From: Octopus sinensis
Taxonomy: Eukaryota
DNA length: 64,000 bases
NCBI RefSeq assembly: GCF_006345805.1
Contig: NC_043003.1
Location: 37,634,001 to 37,698,000, forward strand
Reading direction: 5' to 3'
The position numbers and the translations under genes were made by a program. The first letter of the stretch is position 1; the number at the start of each line of letters is the position of its first letter. Shown here in pieces: positions 12,748-24,590 of this stretch. The notes under the pieces were generated by a model. It did no database searches and was not told the DNA's origin. It saw only the letters and a program-made list of their open reading frames with translations.

Positions 12748-12957
12748 TAAAAACATTTCGTAAAGATGAGCGCCGTTACTATGAAGAACTTTTATGCTAC
12801 AGTCGTGAACACCTCATGCTTTATCCATACCATCTTTCCGATGTGGTTGTGCGTGGTTTGCGTGTCACACCTTTCTCCTACTATATCGATATCATGTCTT
12901 CTATCATGACACAAGAAAAAAGTTATGATTCATTACCAAATTTCACTGCTGCAGACT
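12748..12957 (+). CDS. FAM91A1: FAM91A1 exon 3 (210 nt, phase 1/1)
   Basis: tttgtag|TA..GAC T|gtaag; VKTFRKDERRYYEELLCYSREHLMLYPYHLSDVVVRGLRVTPFSYYIDIMSSIMTQEKSYDSLPNFTAAD. Confidence 0.97.
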
Positions 12958-13339
12958 GTAAGTTAACATTTCTTTTATATACTTTGGTCTCTCTATGTAC
13001 CAAGTTCAAATTCAGATTGGGGATGGAGGTCAACTTTGGGTTTTAACTTTTCCATACCTGTAAAATATTGGGGTTGATTTTAATGAAATATTTCTCTCCC
13101 ACAAAATACACAGCCTTAAAATGAAGTTAGAAATCATGTTTTAGTGAGTGTCATAAAGCATCTGATAAACCAAATCCATAACCCAATTTTGATTCCACAT
13201 TGTAGTCATTTCACTTTAGTAATGTTAAAAAGAGCTTGAATGATATCCCACCTTTTGAAAAACACATATCCTTAAAAAATGTTGAGCTTCATGTCCATAG
13301 AAATATAATATAACATGAACAACTATTATTATGATAAAG

Positions 13340-13555
13340 GTGGAAAGCTGGCAGAATTATTAGCATATGGGACAAAATGCTTAGTGACATTTCTTCTAGT
13401 TTCACATTCTGAGTTCAAATTCTGCCAAGGTTGACTTAGCTTTTCATCCTTTCATGGATGATTAAAATAAGTACCTGTTTAGAACTGGGGTTGATATAAT
13501 TGACAAGCTCCCCCCCCCCAACAAATTTCAGGCTTTGTGCCTATAGTAGAAAGAA
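13340..13555 (+). mobile_element. SINE family G (same core as family A, different tail), degenerate
   Basis: TGGCAGAATTATTAGCA..GAGTTCAAATTCTGCC..TTTCATCCTTTC..AAATAAGTACC..TTGTGCCTATAGTAGAAAG; many other copies (21870, 26136, 49900, 50110, 51250-52280, 56870, 60520). Confidence 0.8.
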
Positions 13556-14118
13556 TCTATTATTAAGATAATGAATGATAGAATTGGTAGAACAACAGAG
13601 AAAATGCTTTGTCATGTTTAATTGCATACCTTTACATTCTGAGTTCATATTCTACCTAGATTGATTTTTGTCTGACATGCTTTCATGGTTGATATAATAA
13701 AGTACTCCTCCTCCAAATCTGAGACCTATGTTGGGAATCATTATTATAAAGAAATCAATATTTCTATAAATCAAGAGTTTTCTGCTTATCTTGCAAAAAG
13801 CAGTAATCTTCATTTATTTCTCATCTACATAATGCTGATAACCTGAATGAATAAATTGGAAGAGAGGACTTCATGCAGTCAGTTTTTGTTCATTTGAATT
13901 GTTGCAGGTCGTGAAGTTAGAGTGAAAAAGGTAGGTGGGAAAGATGTAGGAAAACTTGATTCAGCTCTGGCAAAATGGTTATTTGAAATCAGAGGGACGA
14001 CAAGAGTTCAGTGAGGAACTAGGGGCTGGGTGAGTGCAAGGGGGAACATTAATGGATTTACATTTGTCTATCACTCATTTACTTATTGCGTGTTTTAAAT
14101 TGTATATTCTATTTCTAG

Positions 14119-14186
14119 GTCTACGTCTTCTTGGAATTGGTAGGAATCAATATATAGACCTAATGAATCAGAACAGATCTAGTAAA
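14119..14186 (+). CDS. FAM91A1: FAM91A1 exon 4 (68 nt, phase 1/0)
   Basis: ttctag|GT..AAA|gtaag; CLRLLGIGRNQYIDLMNQNRSSK. Confidence 0.97.
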
Positions 14187-14283
14187 GTAAGTTTTTTTTT
14201 TTATTATTTGTTATTGCAGTTTTAATGTCATGTTCTACTGCCAATGTGGGTGATGGACTGGCCTCTTAAATTTGAAATTTACA

Positions 14284-14495
14284 TTAACCCTTTTGTTATC
14301 ATCCTTCTGTTGAAATACACTGCCTTTGCTTCAGTAAATTTTGAAAATAGTGACTTATTTTTTTTTATATCCTCATCATTACTTAGCTGGTGTTTTTAGA
14401 GTATAGATTCATATAGAATCTAGTGGAAAATATTTAGGTCATTTTTAAAATGGAGAATTTATATTATTGAACTAGGAGCAGTATCAAAGGGTTTA
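14284..14495. mobile_element. TTAA (piggyBac-type) MITE, degenerate
   Basis: TTAA-CCCTTTTGTTATC..GTATCAAAGGG-TTTA. Confidence 0.6.
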
Positions 14496-15093
14496 TATGT
14501 TAAGATCAACTTTTTTTTTTGTTTTCTTTAAAGACAGAAATTGCAAGCTTAAAGTTTTCTGAAGATGTTATGTTATGCATTTATGCAAAATACATTAGAT
14601 TTCCAGACAATGTAATAGGAAATATGAGTACCACTTTCACTTTACCGGCAAGAAGTGGTGGCTTTGAAATTCTCTTACTCCAAGGATTTGTGTTAATATT
14701 ATGTTTGCAGAAACATTATTCCTTGATGTGTTAGCTCCAGGATACTCTAACTAAAGTATAGTGCATGCTAGTTTTAATAGAGACACTTTCCTGCCCAGGC
14801 CCTTTACTGTCATCATATATGGTCTTTGGCATTTTAATAATCCTGTAATGATATAGAATGCAAGATCATAGAGGCTTGGCATGCCAGCAGTTTAAAGTCA
14901 CAAACTTACACACAGGCAGTTTAGGAGTTGGTTCAATTTCTCTCTGAGCTAAGGCAGTAGAAAAATTACACAGTATGCTGTGTGCTCTCTTACAGTGTTC
15001 TACTAAGCTGTCAATTAGCTATCACAACAATTTCTTGCTCATAATAGTATACAAATTAACCATAATAAAATCTTTCTGTCTTTAAACCAGCTA

Positions 15094-15247
15094 GCAAGAG
15101 TGGCTGTGTGGTAAGAAGCTTGCTTCCCAACCACATGGTTCTGGGTTCAGTCCCACTGCGTGGCACCTTGGGCAAGTATATTCTATTATAGCCTCAGGCT
15201 GACCAAAGCCTTGTGAGTGATTTGGTAGATGGAAACTGAAAGAAGCC

Positions 15248-15293
<46 letters not shown>

Positions 15294-15487
15294 TTGTGTG
15301 TCTGTGTTTGTCCCCCCAGCATTGCTTGACACCGATGTTGGTGTGTTTACGTCCCTGTAACTTAGCAGTTCAGCAAAAGAGACCAATAGTACTAGGCTTA
15401 CAAAGAATAAGTCCTTAGGTTGGTTTGTTCGACTAAAGGCGGTGTTTCAGCATGGTCACAGTCAAATGACTGAAACAAGCAAAAGAA
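15094..15487 (+). mobile_element. SINE family D1, full length
   Basis: TGGCTGTGTGGTAAG..GGGTTCAGTCCC head, CACCTTGGGCAAGT core, internal (TA)n/(TG)n, tail ..CAGTCAAATGACTGAAACAAG. Confidence 0.9.
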
Positions 15488-15745
15488 TATGTTTTAAACT
15501 TTAACTACTTGGATAGTATATCTATAAAAACCAACAGAATAGGCATAGGTAGAATGATGAAGTCTTCAAATTACTGTATTTGTATTAGCAGAGGTGGTCA
15601 GTACTACTCAACAACAATAGTCACTGTTTTAAAATAACAATCCCATAAAGGAGTATGTATCTAGTTACTTGACTTGTTCAGTCTAGTAACTAGATATTGC
15701 ATAATGTTTTTTAAATGGTGACCTCATGTTTTAAGTCCTACCTCC

Positions 15746-16840
15746 TTAACCCTTTCGTTACTATATTTCTAACCAAAATACACCCCTTATGTGTTTCAAT
15801 TAATTTCTAACATAATCATAAATTTAGTCTGGTTTCATTAAACAACTATAACTTTTTTATTTATCAATATATTAATGAGATTTTTGGAAGATAATTTAAT
15901 GAAATGTTCTCAACCAATTCTATACTATAATTTTTGTCACAAAGTGACTCTAATTGCAGGTAGATTCAGGTAAATTCAACAAAATATAAAATTATTAAAA
16001 TTTTGTTCAAACATCGCTATAGAAAATGGGTTATTAGCTAATATTCAATTGGGTATACAACAAAATTTTACAATAGAATTTGTTATTCTGGGTAACTTTC
16101 TGATACCCATAATAATATTTATGGCAAAATAGTCTTAATTTCATTTAAGGTTGTGGGAAACCACTAACTATCCTTTCTTTCGCTTTGTTTACATTTAGCG
16201 TAATGGTTCGTTTCTGCCGTAATGATTTCAAATAGGCTCATTCGAAAAAGTAAAAAGAAATAGTCTAAGGCTTTACTCTCCTGGGAAAGTCTGTGGCTTG
16301 GTCCAGTTTCTTCAGAAAAATCACCGAAAGAAACAGTTTTTAAATTTTCACTCCATTCAGGTGCCAATTCATTTTCTTTATCGCTGTCGGAGCTCTCGGA
16401 TTTACTGTTTTCACTTTCAGAAAATGAAACATCAGATTCATTATCAAATACCACGTGCTTTTTTTTTTCAGTCATAGAGTTAGATTTATGAAGGTCTTCA
16501 GTAGAAAATCCTTCGAATTCTGACTCACTGCTTGATATAATGAAATTCGTATCAGTTTTTTTGTCAAAATTACAAATTTTAAAAACACAATAGGAACAAA
16601 TTTCGGAAAAAAATCTCCCAAAATTCACGGAATTAAAATTACACTTCGATTTTTGTACAAAACTGTAGTTGAACTGTTTACGAAGTATAATACATGTTTT
16701 CACGAATGTACTAAAGAGATTTGCTCTGATATTCTCATTTAAATATGAATGGGTAAATACGGGCGGGTTTGGGTGGTTTGGTCACATTAACCAAAATTTT
16801 TTTCGGTTGGCTTTGGGCGGTTTGGTAACGAAAGGGTTAA
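15746..16840 (-). mobile_element. piggyBac transposon, internally deleted (1087 bp between TTAA sites)
   Basis: TTAA|CCCTTTCGTTAC..GTAACGAAAGGG|TTAA; ORF 16164-16703 encodes acidic N-terminus then FSEETGPS..LDYFFLLF..LFEIITAETNHYA, the start of the piggyBac (PGBD-like) transposase domain. Confidence 0.92.
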
Positions 16841-17303
16841 ACTGTATACCCAGAAAAAGCTTTTGAGATAACCAGAGATTGGACATTAACCATACAATGA
16901 AACTTAATACTCCCCAGTATACTGTATAGGCACTTATATATTTGGTATTTTGAGCCTATTGATATTGGTCCCGAGATTTCAGTTGACTATCTTTAAATCC
17001 ACGGCCTCTTCAACCAGTATTTAGTATGGCTACTAAACGACTTACAACATCTGGTAAGTTTTTAAACATCAAATGTTTCTATATTAAGGCTAAGTGCAGT
17101 CTGTTGTTGATGTATAGTTTGTTCTTTACATACGATAATGACTCATTACAGCTAACCTCCTGAAGATAGTGGGTAAACTAAAGAAAATATAAATATTGAT
17201 TTCTTTGGACTAGAGACGAAGCCAGTTGTTGTAGTGAGGTGTGGGTGATGATAGTATATTACTGGTAAGGAATATTTATTGTATTTTTTTTTATTTTTCT
17301 TAG

Positions 17304-17420
17304 AAATTCTTCCGCAGAAAACCAGTACGTGAGCTATTACCTATGCAACCTGTAGATTCAGTATCGGCTGACCATTGGTGGATTGTCAATATCGGTTACA
17401 TCACAGAAGATGATATCAAG
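17304..17420 (+). CDS. FAM91A1: FAM91A1 exon 5 (117 nt, phase 0/0)
   Basis: ttcttag|AAA..AAG|gtattg; KFFRRKPVRELLPMQPVDSVSADHWWIVNIGYITEDDIK. Confidence 0.95.
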
Positions 17421-18029
17421 GTATTGTTACTAAATTTAGCACTTGCTATATATAATTCAGCCCCATAGTTATTCCCCTTCTCTCTCTCTCTCTCTTTCTG
17501 TCTTTCTCAATACGTGTGTGCATGTGTATATGTGTCTCTATATGGTGGGAATTCTTTGTATGCAAGGAATGTAAAATATACCCAGAGTATGATTAGTTTT
17601 AATGTGGAATAAGCTGTTGTACAGCCCAGCTGTTATAGACAGATCCAAAGGCAAAGGTGACCAAGTCTACTAGTGTTATCGCCTCTATATTTATTCTTGA
17701 TATTTAGGTGAATTGAGGAAATGTGGAATGAAAATCTTTTGGATTGAAACAGTTAAGCACCAATAGATGCTTTAAACATGTATGTAACGCTTTAAACAAA
17801 TGTTATCTTAACTATGGAGCAAAATAAATGTTTTTTTTTCTAAAGTTGAAACTTCACCTGGACAAAATTTGTCTCTCACCCTATTAAGGATCATTAAAAG
17901 AATTAGCACTTTTTTACAAGAGCTGATTTAATGAGGTATAACCACTCCTTTTAAATTAATTCTTTTGTAGGACATTATTATTGTTGTTTTATTTATTAAT
18001 ATACCATTTCTCTCTTGGGTCTCTTGTAG

Positions 18030-18120
18030 ATGTGCCATGTTGCTGAGAAGGAAGCAATTGACAAAGTCATTGACTACGGGCCACAGCTAGCAAATGATGT
18101 TGATTACAAAGTCTTACATG
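18030..18120 (+). CDS. FAM91A1: FAM91A1 exon 6 (91 nt, phase 0/1)
   Basis: ttgtag|ATG..CAT G|gtatg; MCHVAEKEAIDKVIDYGPQLANDVDYKVLH. Confidence 0.93.
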
Positions 18121-19165
18121 GTATGTTACTTTCCTTCTGAGTTTTTCTACAATTCTTAATTTACTTTACATTAGTGAGATATAATGGTTGTAGATTAGTT
18201 CTTGAAGAGAAAATAAGAGTCGAAAAGGAGTTAAAAATATGTTAATGCTTTGCCTGTTCAAGGCATTTTCATAAGTTTATCCTAAACATCCATGTTTGTT
18301 TTCAGACTTTTGAGAGAGCCCTTGTTTCAGAAGTTCTGAGTAATATAAAGCTCTCCTTTTTATAAGTCACAAGTTACTCTAGCTGTTGGGAAAAAAAAAA
18401 ACCCCCAAAACAAACTGGAAATGTATATTATATATGATGCTGCTATACCAAGAAAATATGTTCTGTGTATCACATCAGGTACACAGGACAGCCAACAGGT
18501 TAAGAGGAAGAAAGATTCAACTTCTACTAATCTACATCTGCTAATTTTATACTACATCCACCCAATCCTTTAATGTTCATAATGCTTATGGTGTTAGATT
18601 TATTGTTATAGATCTATAAAATTACATGAATAAGAAAAAGGCCATGACCTTTGTGATTTGAAAAGAAGATTTGATATCACCAGAGGTTGTCAATATGATC
18701 ACATATATCATTATGCCATTATGCTGGATAATTTTGTGGTTTTACATGTGGAATTACTAAAAACATCTCAGTGTGATTAATATGGGTTTTAAGAACAAAT
18801 AGATAAGTTATAAAATTTAATTTATACTAGATACTCATGTAAATGTGAATGGACTTTTTTTTTTATAAATTTTTTTAATGTTAGTGGGCTATGAATGACA
18901 GATTCATTTTCTGTAGCTGATGAAATATAACAATGCAGGAATATATATGATGGAGTCTGATGATGCCATTCATAACCCTACTTGGTGTGATTTCACACAC
19001 ATTGTTCATCAGGAGGAGTTCTCTTCTGAGACAGTTACTGCTGTGAAGCTCTTTCTATGTTTGAGTGTACACAAAAACTACATTAATTATTAAAATTCAG
19101 AGTCAATAAATTTGGATGTATCTGAAAATTAAATATTAATGTACACACCTTTATTTTACTTATAA

Positions 19166-19394
19166 TTAACCCTTTAGCATTCAAATTACTATGTCAAATA
19201 TAATGCTTATGTATTCACATTGTTTTGAATTAATCATTCATTATCTTGTAGCTTTGAGATTTCGGTGATGTGATTGTTTATTTCTAGAATGGCATTGTAG
19301 GGTAGGTGTGAGAGGCTGGGTCTTGTAGGTTTGCTTGTTAAACAGATAGAATATTGTAGGCTGGATATGGCCAGTTTAAATGCTAAAGGGTTAA
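19166..19394 (+). mobile_element. TTAA MITE family F
   Basis: TTAA|CCCTTTAGCATT..AATGCTAAAGGG|TTAA; copies at 39811-40040, 55053-55280, 10138-10351. Confidence 0.9.
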
Positions 19395-19625
19395 ATAAAT
19401 ACTTTTTATTATAATTTCATATGTTATATTCTTTTGTTTTGCTATATTCCAAACACCAGCTCAGTACACAAGTAAATAAGTAGTTTATCGTCTCATCAAA
19501 TTCTTCTAAATTCTTGTCTTTTGGAAAAAAAAGAGAGAAGAAATTAATTGAAATGTGTTGTGTATTTCATTATTAAATATTGTTACAAAAATTGTTTAAG
19601 ATCCTATTTTACCTTCATTCTGCAG

Positions 19626-19688
19626 GTTTGTATCGTAAAGGTTTGGTCTATTTAGATGTGCCCATTGCTGATGATGACTGTATTGTTG
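19626..19688 (+). CDS. FAM91A1: FAM91A1 exon 7 (63 nt, phase 1/1)
   Basis: ctgcag|GT..GTT G|gtaag; GLYRKGLVYLDVPIADDDCIV. Confidence 0.95.
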
Positions 19689-19984
19689 GTAAGTTATTCT
19701 ATTGAAGTCTAGTTGGTTATAGATGTACATCTGTTCTTCTTTACATTGATAACCTCTTCTGACCGCTCTAGTCATAAACCTTCCACCTTCATTTTCCACT
19801 TGTCGACATCTTTTTTAGTCAATGTAGCATACACTTCTTTGTCACTCAAATACTAAAAATAGAAGCCAAATCTCTCTCACATTATATCTTACTGTTCTTA
19901 AAAGCAATACATGGATAAAGGTAATAGTAGGTGTTAGTGTGCCATAAGAAAAGACAGAATTATCATAGTCATAACTTGAATGCC

Positions 19985-20275
19985 TGTGATCATAAATCTG
20001 CTCAGTCAGGGCTTTCCTGGGGCTAAACATTAACAACTTGTAGACATGTCTTTTAGCTAATAGATCTTCCTCATGGTCACTCAACCTGCTAAAAATAGCA
20101 GCCAAGTCATCAACAAATGATATGGTATGCTCTAAATAAAAGAGACATACAATGGTATAGTCTTGGAAACATTCAGTCCAAAAAAAAAAATTAAGAGATG
20201 GTCATAACTGGAATGACTATGATCATAGGTCTGCTTGATGAATGCTTATCTGGTGCTAAACAACAATATGTAGAC
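19985..20275. repeat. Unclassified interspersed repeat family H
   Basis: Motif CAACCTGCTA(A/G)AAATAGCAGCCAA..GATCATAGGTCTGC..GCTAAAC; related copies near 23715-23915, 25380-25450, 40490-40690, 47110-47380, 60890-61050. Confidence 0.6.
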
Positions 20276-20504
20276 ATCTTTTGTATATTGTCATACCTAC
20301 ATATTCTACATTGATAGTTACCTAAAGACTTTATAAACATCTAGTTCCAAACCACATACAGTGCCAAATCACACACACCCAAGAAAGTCCTCTTTTCTAA
20401 ACCTCAGGAAACTCCTATTTTTATGAGCCATGACTCTTAATGGCATCTCTCATTCTCTTGATATTTATGTTAAAATTACTCAGTTATAGTCTTAATCATT
20501 GTTT

Positions 20505-20785
20505 AATGTCCACTTTTCCATGCTTGCATGGGTCAGACAGAATTCATTGAGACAGATTTTCTATGGCCGGGTGCCTTACCGGTTTCCCAGCAAAGTAATA
20601 TTTCCTCGTGCTCAAACATGTTTTTCATGGGAGATTAGAAATGAAAAACACTGCTTGACTGACAGTAATGTTTGTTTACAATCATCACATGATGTCAAGA
20701 CAAGGGTACACACAAATACACCCACACATATATATCCATATATACATACATGCATATATGCATGCTGGCTTCCTTCAGGTTTCAT
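20505..20785 (-). mobile_element. SINE family D2 (RTE-like tail), partial
   Basis: Reverse complement of the tail at 34440-34656. Confidence 0.8.
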
Positions 20786-20824
20786 TTACAAATCCTAAAA
20801 TCAAAGTGCCACTTAAAAAGCATT

Positions 20825-21415
20825 GGTGTAGGTGCTAGTACCATGTAAAAAGCACCTTGTACACTCTGTAAATTGGTTGGCATGAAATCGAAATCGGAAT
20901 CGAAATTGAACCAATCCTATGACTGGCACCCAGCAGATTCCAGGACCCCTGGTCTGGTGGTACGTAAAAAGCACTATCTGAGTCGTGGCCGATGCCAGCG
21001 CCGCCTCGACTGGCTTCCGTGCTGGTGGCACGTAAAATGCACCAATCCGACCGTGGCCGTTGCCAGCCTCGCCTGGCACCTGTGCGGGTGGCACGTAAAA
21101 AGCACCCACTACACTCACGGAGTGGTTGGCATTAGGAAGGGCATCCAGCTGTAGAAACATTGCCAGATAAGACTGGAGCCTGGTGCAGCCTTCTGGCTTC
21201 CCAGATCCCCGGTTGAACCGGCCAACCCATGCTAGCATGGAGAACAGACGTTAAACGATGATGATGATGATGATGATTAAGAAGGGCATCCAGCTGTAGA
21301 AATCAAGCCAAAACAGACCATGTAACCTGGTGTGGCCCCTGACCTCATCGGTTTCTATCAAGCCTTCTAACCCATGCCAGCATGGAAAATGGATGTTAAA
21401 GAATGATGATGATGA
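20825..21415 (+). mobile_element. Family C element (20884-21277) nested in an older family C copy
   Basis: Older copy split at GGTTGGCAT|TAAGAAGGGCATCC; inner copy ends in (GAT)n. Confidence 0.82.
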
Positions 21416-21702
21416 ACTCCATTCACAAAATTTGGTCAGCCTGTGGCTATAGTAGAAAACATTCACCCAAGGTGATGCACAGTGAGACTGAACCCAAGAC
21501 CACATGGTTGGGATGTAAGCTTCTTAACCACACAACTACGCCTGTGTCTGTTCATGTCTGAAATTCATAAAACATACATTCAAATTTAAGATTCTATCCT
21601 TCATTTATAACTGTTCCATTCACTGTTGGTCTATAGTAGCTACATGTGTATTTACAATTATTCTATCATTATATGGTGCATTCTGACCTTCTCTTCTTAC
21701 AG

Positions 21703-21809
21703 TTCCTCCTCTACAAGGATTTGTCATGAACCGAGTGCTTGGAGATTATTTTGAGACATTACTGTACAAAATATTTGTATCTATTGATGAACACACAACA
21801 GTGGCTGAG
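21703..21809 (+). CDS. FAM91A1: FAM91A1 exon 8 (107 nt, phase 1/0)
   Basis: ttacag|TT..GAG|gtgag; [36 protein letters not shown]. Confidence 0.97.
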
Positions 21810-22156
21810 GTGAGAATGTTGACTATTTTATTTAAACTATGATTCTCTTGACACATGTGCATAATTTAAAGTGGTGATCTGGCGGAATTGTTACCACGTT
21901 GGGTAAAATGCTTAGTAGCATTTCATCTGTCTTTATGTTCTGAGTTCAAATTCTACTGAAGTCGACTTTGCCCTTCTTGGGGTTGATAAAATAGTACCAG
22001 TTGAGCACTGGGGTTGAGGTAATCAACTTACTCTGTACCCTGAATTTGCTGGCCCTGTGCCAAAATTTGAAACCGATGTGTGTGTATAATTTGGTTAGTT
22101 AAATTTTGAGCTTGTATATGTAAAAGGAGTGTGTGTTTGTGTGTATGCAGGTGAGT

Positions 22157-22539
22157 GGAGGCGCAATGGCCCAGTGGTTAGGGCAGCGGACTCGCGGTCA
22201 TAGGATTGCGGTTTCGATTCCCAGACCGGGCGTTGTGAGTGTTTATTGAGCGAAAACACCTAAAAGCTCCACGAGGCTCCGGCAGGGATGGTGATGATCC
22301 CTGCTGTGCTCTTTCACCACAACTTTCTCTCACTCTTACTTCCTGTTTCTGTTGTACCTGTATTTCAAAGGGCCGGCCTTGTCACTTTCTGTGTCACGCT
22401 GAATATCCCCGAGAACTACGTTAAGGGTACACGTGTCTGTGGAGTGCTCAGCCACTTACACGTTAATTTCCCGAGCAGGCTGTTCCGTTGATTCAGATCA
22501 ACTGGAACCCTCGTCGTCGTAACCGACGGAGTGCTTCCA
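22157..22539 (+). mobile_element. tRNA-Arg-like SINE (resembles the octopus OK family as recalled) with target-site duplication
   Basis: GGAGGCGCAATGGCCCAGTGGTTAGGGCAGCGGACTCGCGG..GTTTCGATTCCC head; 12-bp direct repeat GTATGCAGGTGA at 22143-22154 and 22544-22555. Confidence 0.88.
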
Positions 22540-22726
22540 AAGAGTATGCAGGTGAAGTGTGATTGTGTTTAATTGCATATGCTTGTGAGCTTGTTAGATT
22601 GTGATGTTTATGATGATAGATGTGTTTATGATGTTGTTGATGATGATAGTTAAGTACTAAAATTGAATAATGTGTTAATGGTAGTGCTAGTGGTAATGAT
22701 GATGGTATTCTTTTCTTATTTCACAG

Positions 22727-22765
22727 CTGGCTAGCATTTTGGAGATTGACTTACAGTTAGTCAAG
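22727..22765 (+). CDS. FAM91A1: FAM91A1 exon 9 (39 nt, phase 0/0)
   Basis: tcacag|CTG..AAG|gtaaac; LASILEIDLQLVK. Confidence 0.94.
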
Positions 22766-23015
22766 GTAAACTCTTTCTTCTCCTTTCTGTCTTTATATTT
22801 TATTCTTGTTTCGTCTCATGCATTTTCTGGTTATTTTTCTGTATTTCTAGAGGGAAATGAATTTATTGCACTATCTGATCTTAAAAATTATATGTAAAAT
22901 GACAAAACAACAAAGCCATACAAGAACTCTCAAGTCATCACCCAATACAAAACATAGTCCCTGCTAGGTACAGCCCATACCTTACTCATGATGTGGACTG
23001 TGTAATGTAGGTTAC

Positions 23016-23343
23016 TCTTTCACTCTTTAACTTGTTTCAGTCATGTGACTGTGGCCATGCTGGAGCACCGCCTTTCGTCGAGCAAATCGACCCCAGGACT
23101 TATTCTTTGTAAGCCTAGTACTTATTCTATCGGTCTCTTTTGTCGAACTGCTAAGTTATGAGGATGTAAACAGACCAACATCGGTTGTCAAGCGATTTTG
23201 GGGGGACAAACACAGACACGCAAACATATACACACACATACATATATAGATATATACAATGGGCTTCTTTCAGTTTCCGTCTACCAAATCCACTCACAAG
23301 GCTTTGGTCGACCTGAGGCTATAGTAGAAGACACTTGCCCAAG
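23016..23343 (-). mobile_element. SINE family D1, 5'-truncated
   Basis: Reverse complement of 15094-15487 lacking the tRNA head. Confidence 0.88.
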
Positions 23344-24284
23344 CAGTTAAATAGTATAACTCACCTTATCCTCTCTGCACACAACACATACCCTATACAA
23401 TTATATTAAACAACTTGCATTCAATAAAATAATACAACTTGCATAACATACTCTAGAGGATTAGTTTTACACACGCTGCATACTCTATACATACTCTACA
23501 TAATCACCATCCAATTAAAGAACACAAGACACACTCTACACAGGACTGAATTAAGATATGGGCACACTGAACAGTTGTCAAAGCCCACAGGGGTCTAGGG
23601 GCCCAATTCTGATCCATGTATGCTGTGGCTTACTGTCAATAAATACACACAATTGGGCCCAGAAGTGGGATTCGCTCACAAGCCTATGCTACTGTAAAGA
23701 GGGCTTTGATTTGACGTGTTTAACACCAGATCAGCTTTGATCAAACAGTCTTATGATCAAAGATTTCCCAAGCATGACCATCCAATATTAAATTTATTAA
23801 ACTTAATATTTATATCTCATCGACATTATTTAATGTGTTTTAAGACAGTAAATATGATTTGAAGAAGATTTGACCACTATTTCTGTCAAGTCAAGCAACA
23901 ACAAAGAGTCTTCCTCATTAGTCAGTGATAGTGATAGTGTAAATACTGCCATAGCTTCAACTGATAATAAAGCAAAGGTTCTCCAGGAACCCTGACTTAC
24001 CAACAGCCATAAAGAATCTTTTTATTAGTAAAATATTCTAGATTTAGTTGAGGAACTGAAATTAGATTGTGTGATGTTCATGTGTTTTGTCAAAAATATT
24101 TGGTATGGTAACCAGATTTCATTTCCTGGTTCCAATGAGAAACTGAAATTAAACTGCTTATAAGGCTTGCAAGAAGCTTATCACCAATCCTAAAATGATA
24201 GATAGTTAATATTGGGTTGTCCTGAAAGTTCATGCTGATTTTTAAAGGAAAGAAAATGGTCAATAAACACTTGCCATTACATTT

Positions 24285-24590
24285 GATCAACCAAATATGA
24301 ACCATTTTGTTGCACAGTGCATCTCCATCTTTCCTTTAACTTGAAAATATCCTCTTCCCATAATTGAGGTAGTTTCATGGCAAAGAATTTATCAAAGTAT
24401 CTTTTTACATTATCCAAGGAATTGAAATTTTTTACCATTAAGACTATTCTGCAGAGACCTGAATAAGTGGAAATCCGAAGGAGCACTATCTGGTGAATAT
24501 GGAGGGTGGGGTAGCACATCCCAGCCAAGCTGCAGCAATTTTTGTCTGGTTTCCAAAGCATCAAGTGCTGAAAAGGAACTTTCTTATCTT
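24285..24590 (-). mobile_element. Mariner transposase C-terminal relic
   Basis: DVLPHPPYSPDSAPSDFHLFRSLQNSLNGKNF..KLKERWRCTVQQNGSYL. Confidence 0.9.

Noticed and set aside
22157-22230. tRNA-Arg(TCG)-like gene (also tRNA-like heads at 8534 and 15094)
   Set aside because: No acceptor-stem closure or poly-T terminator; the sequence continues into a SINE body with a TSD.
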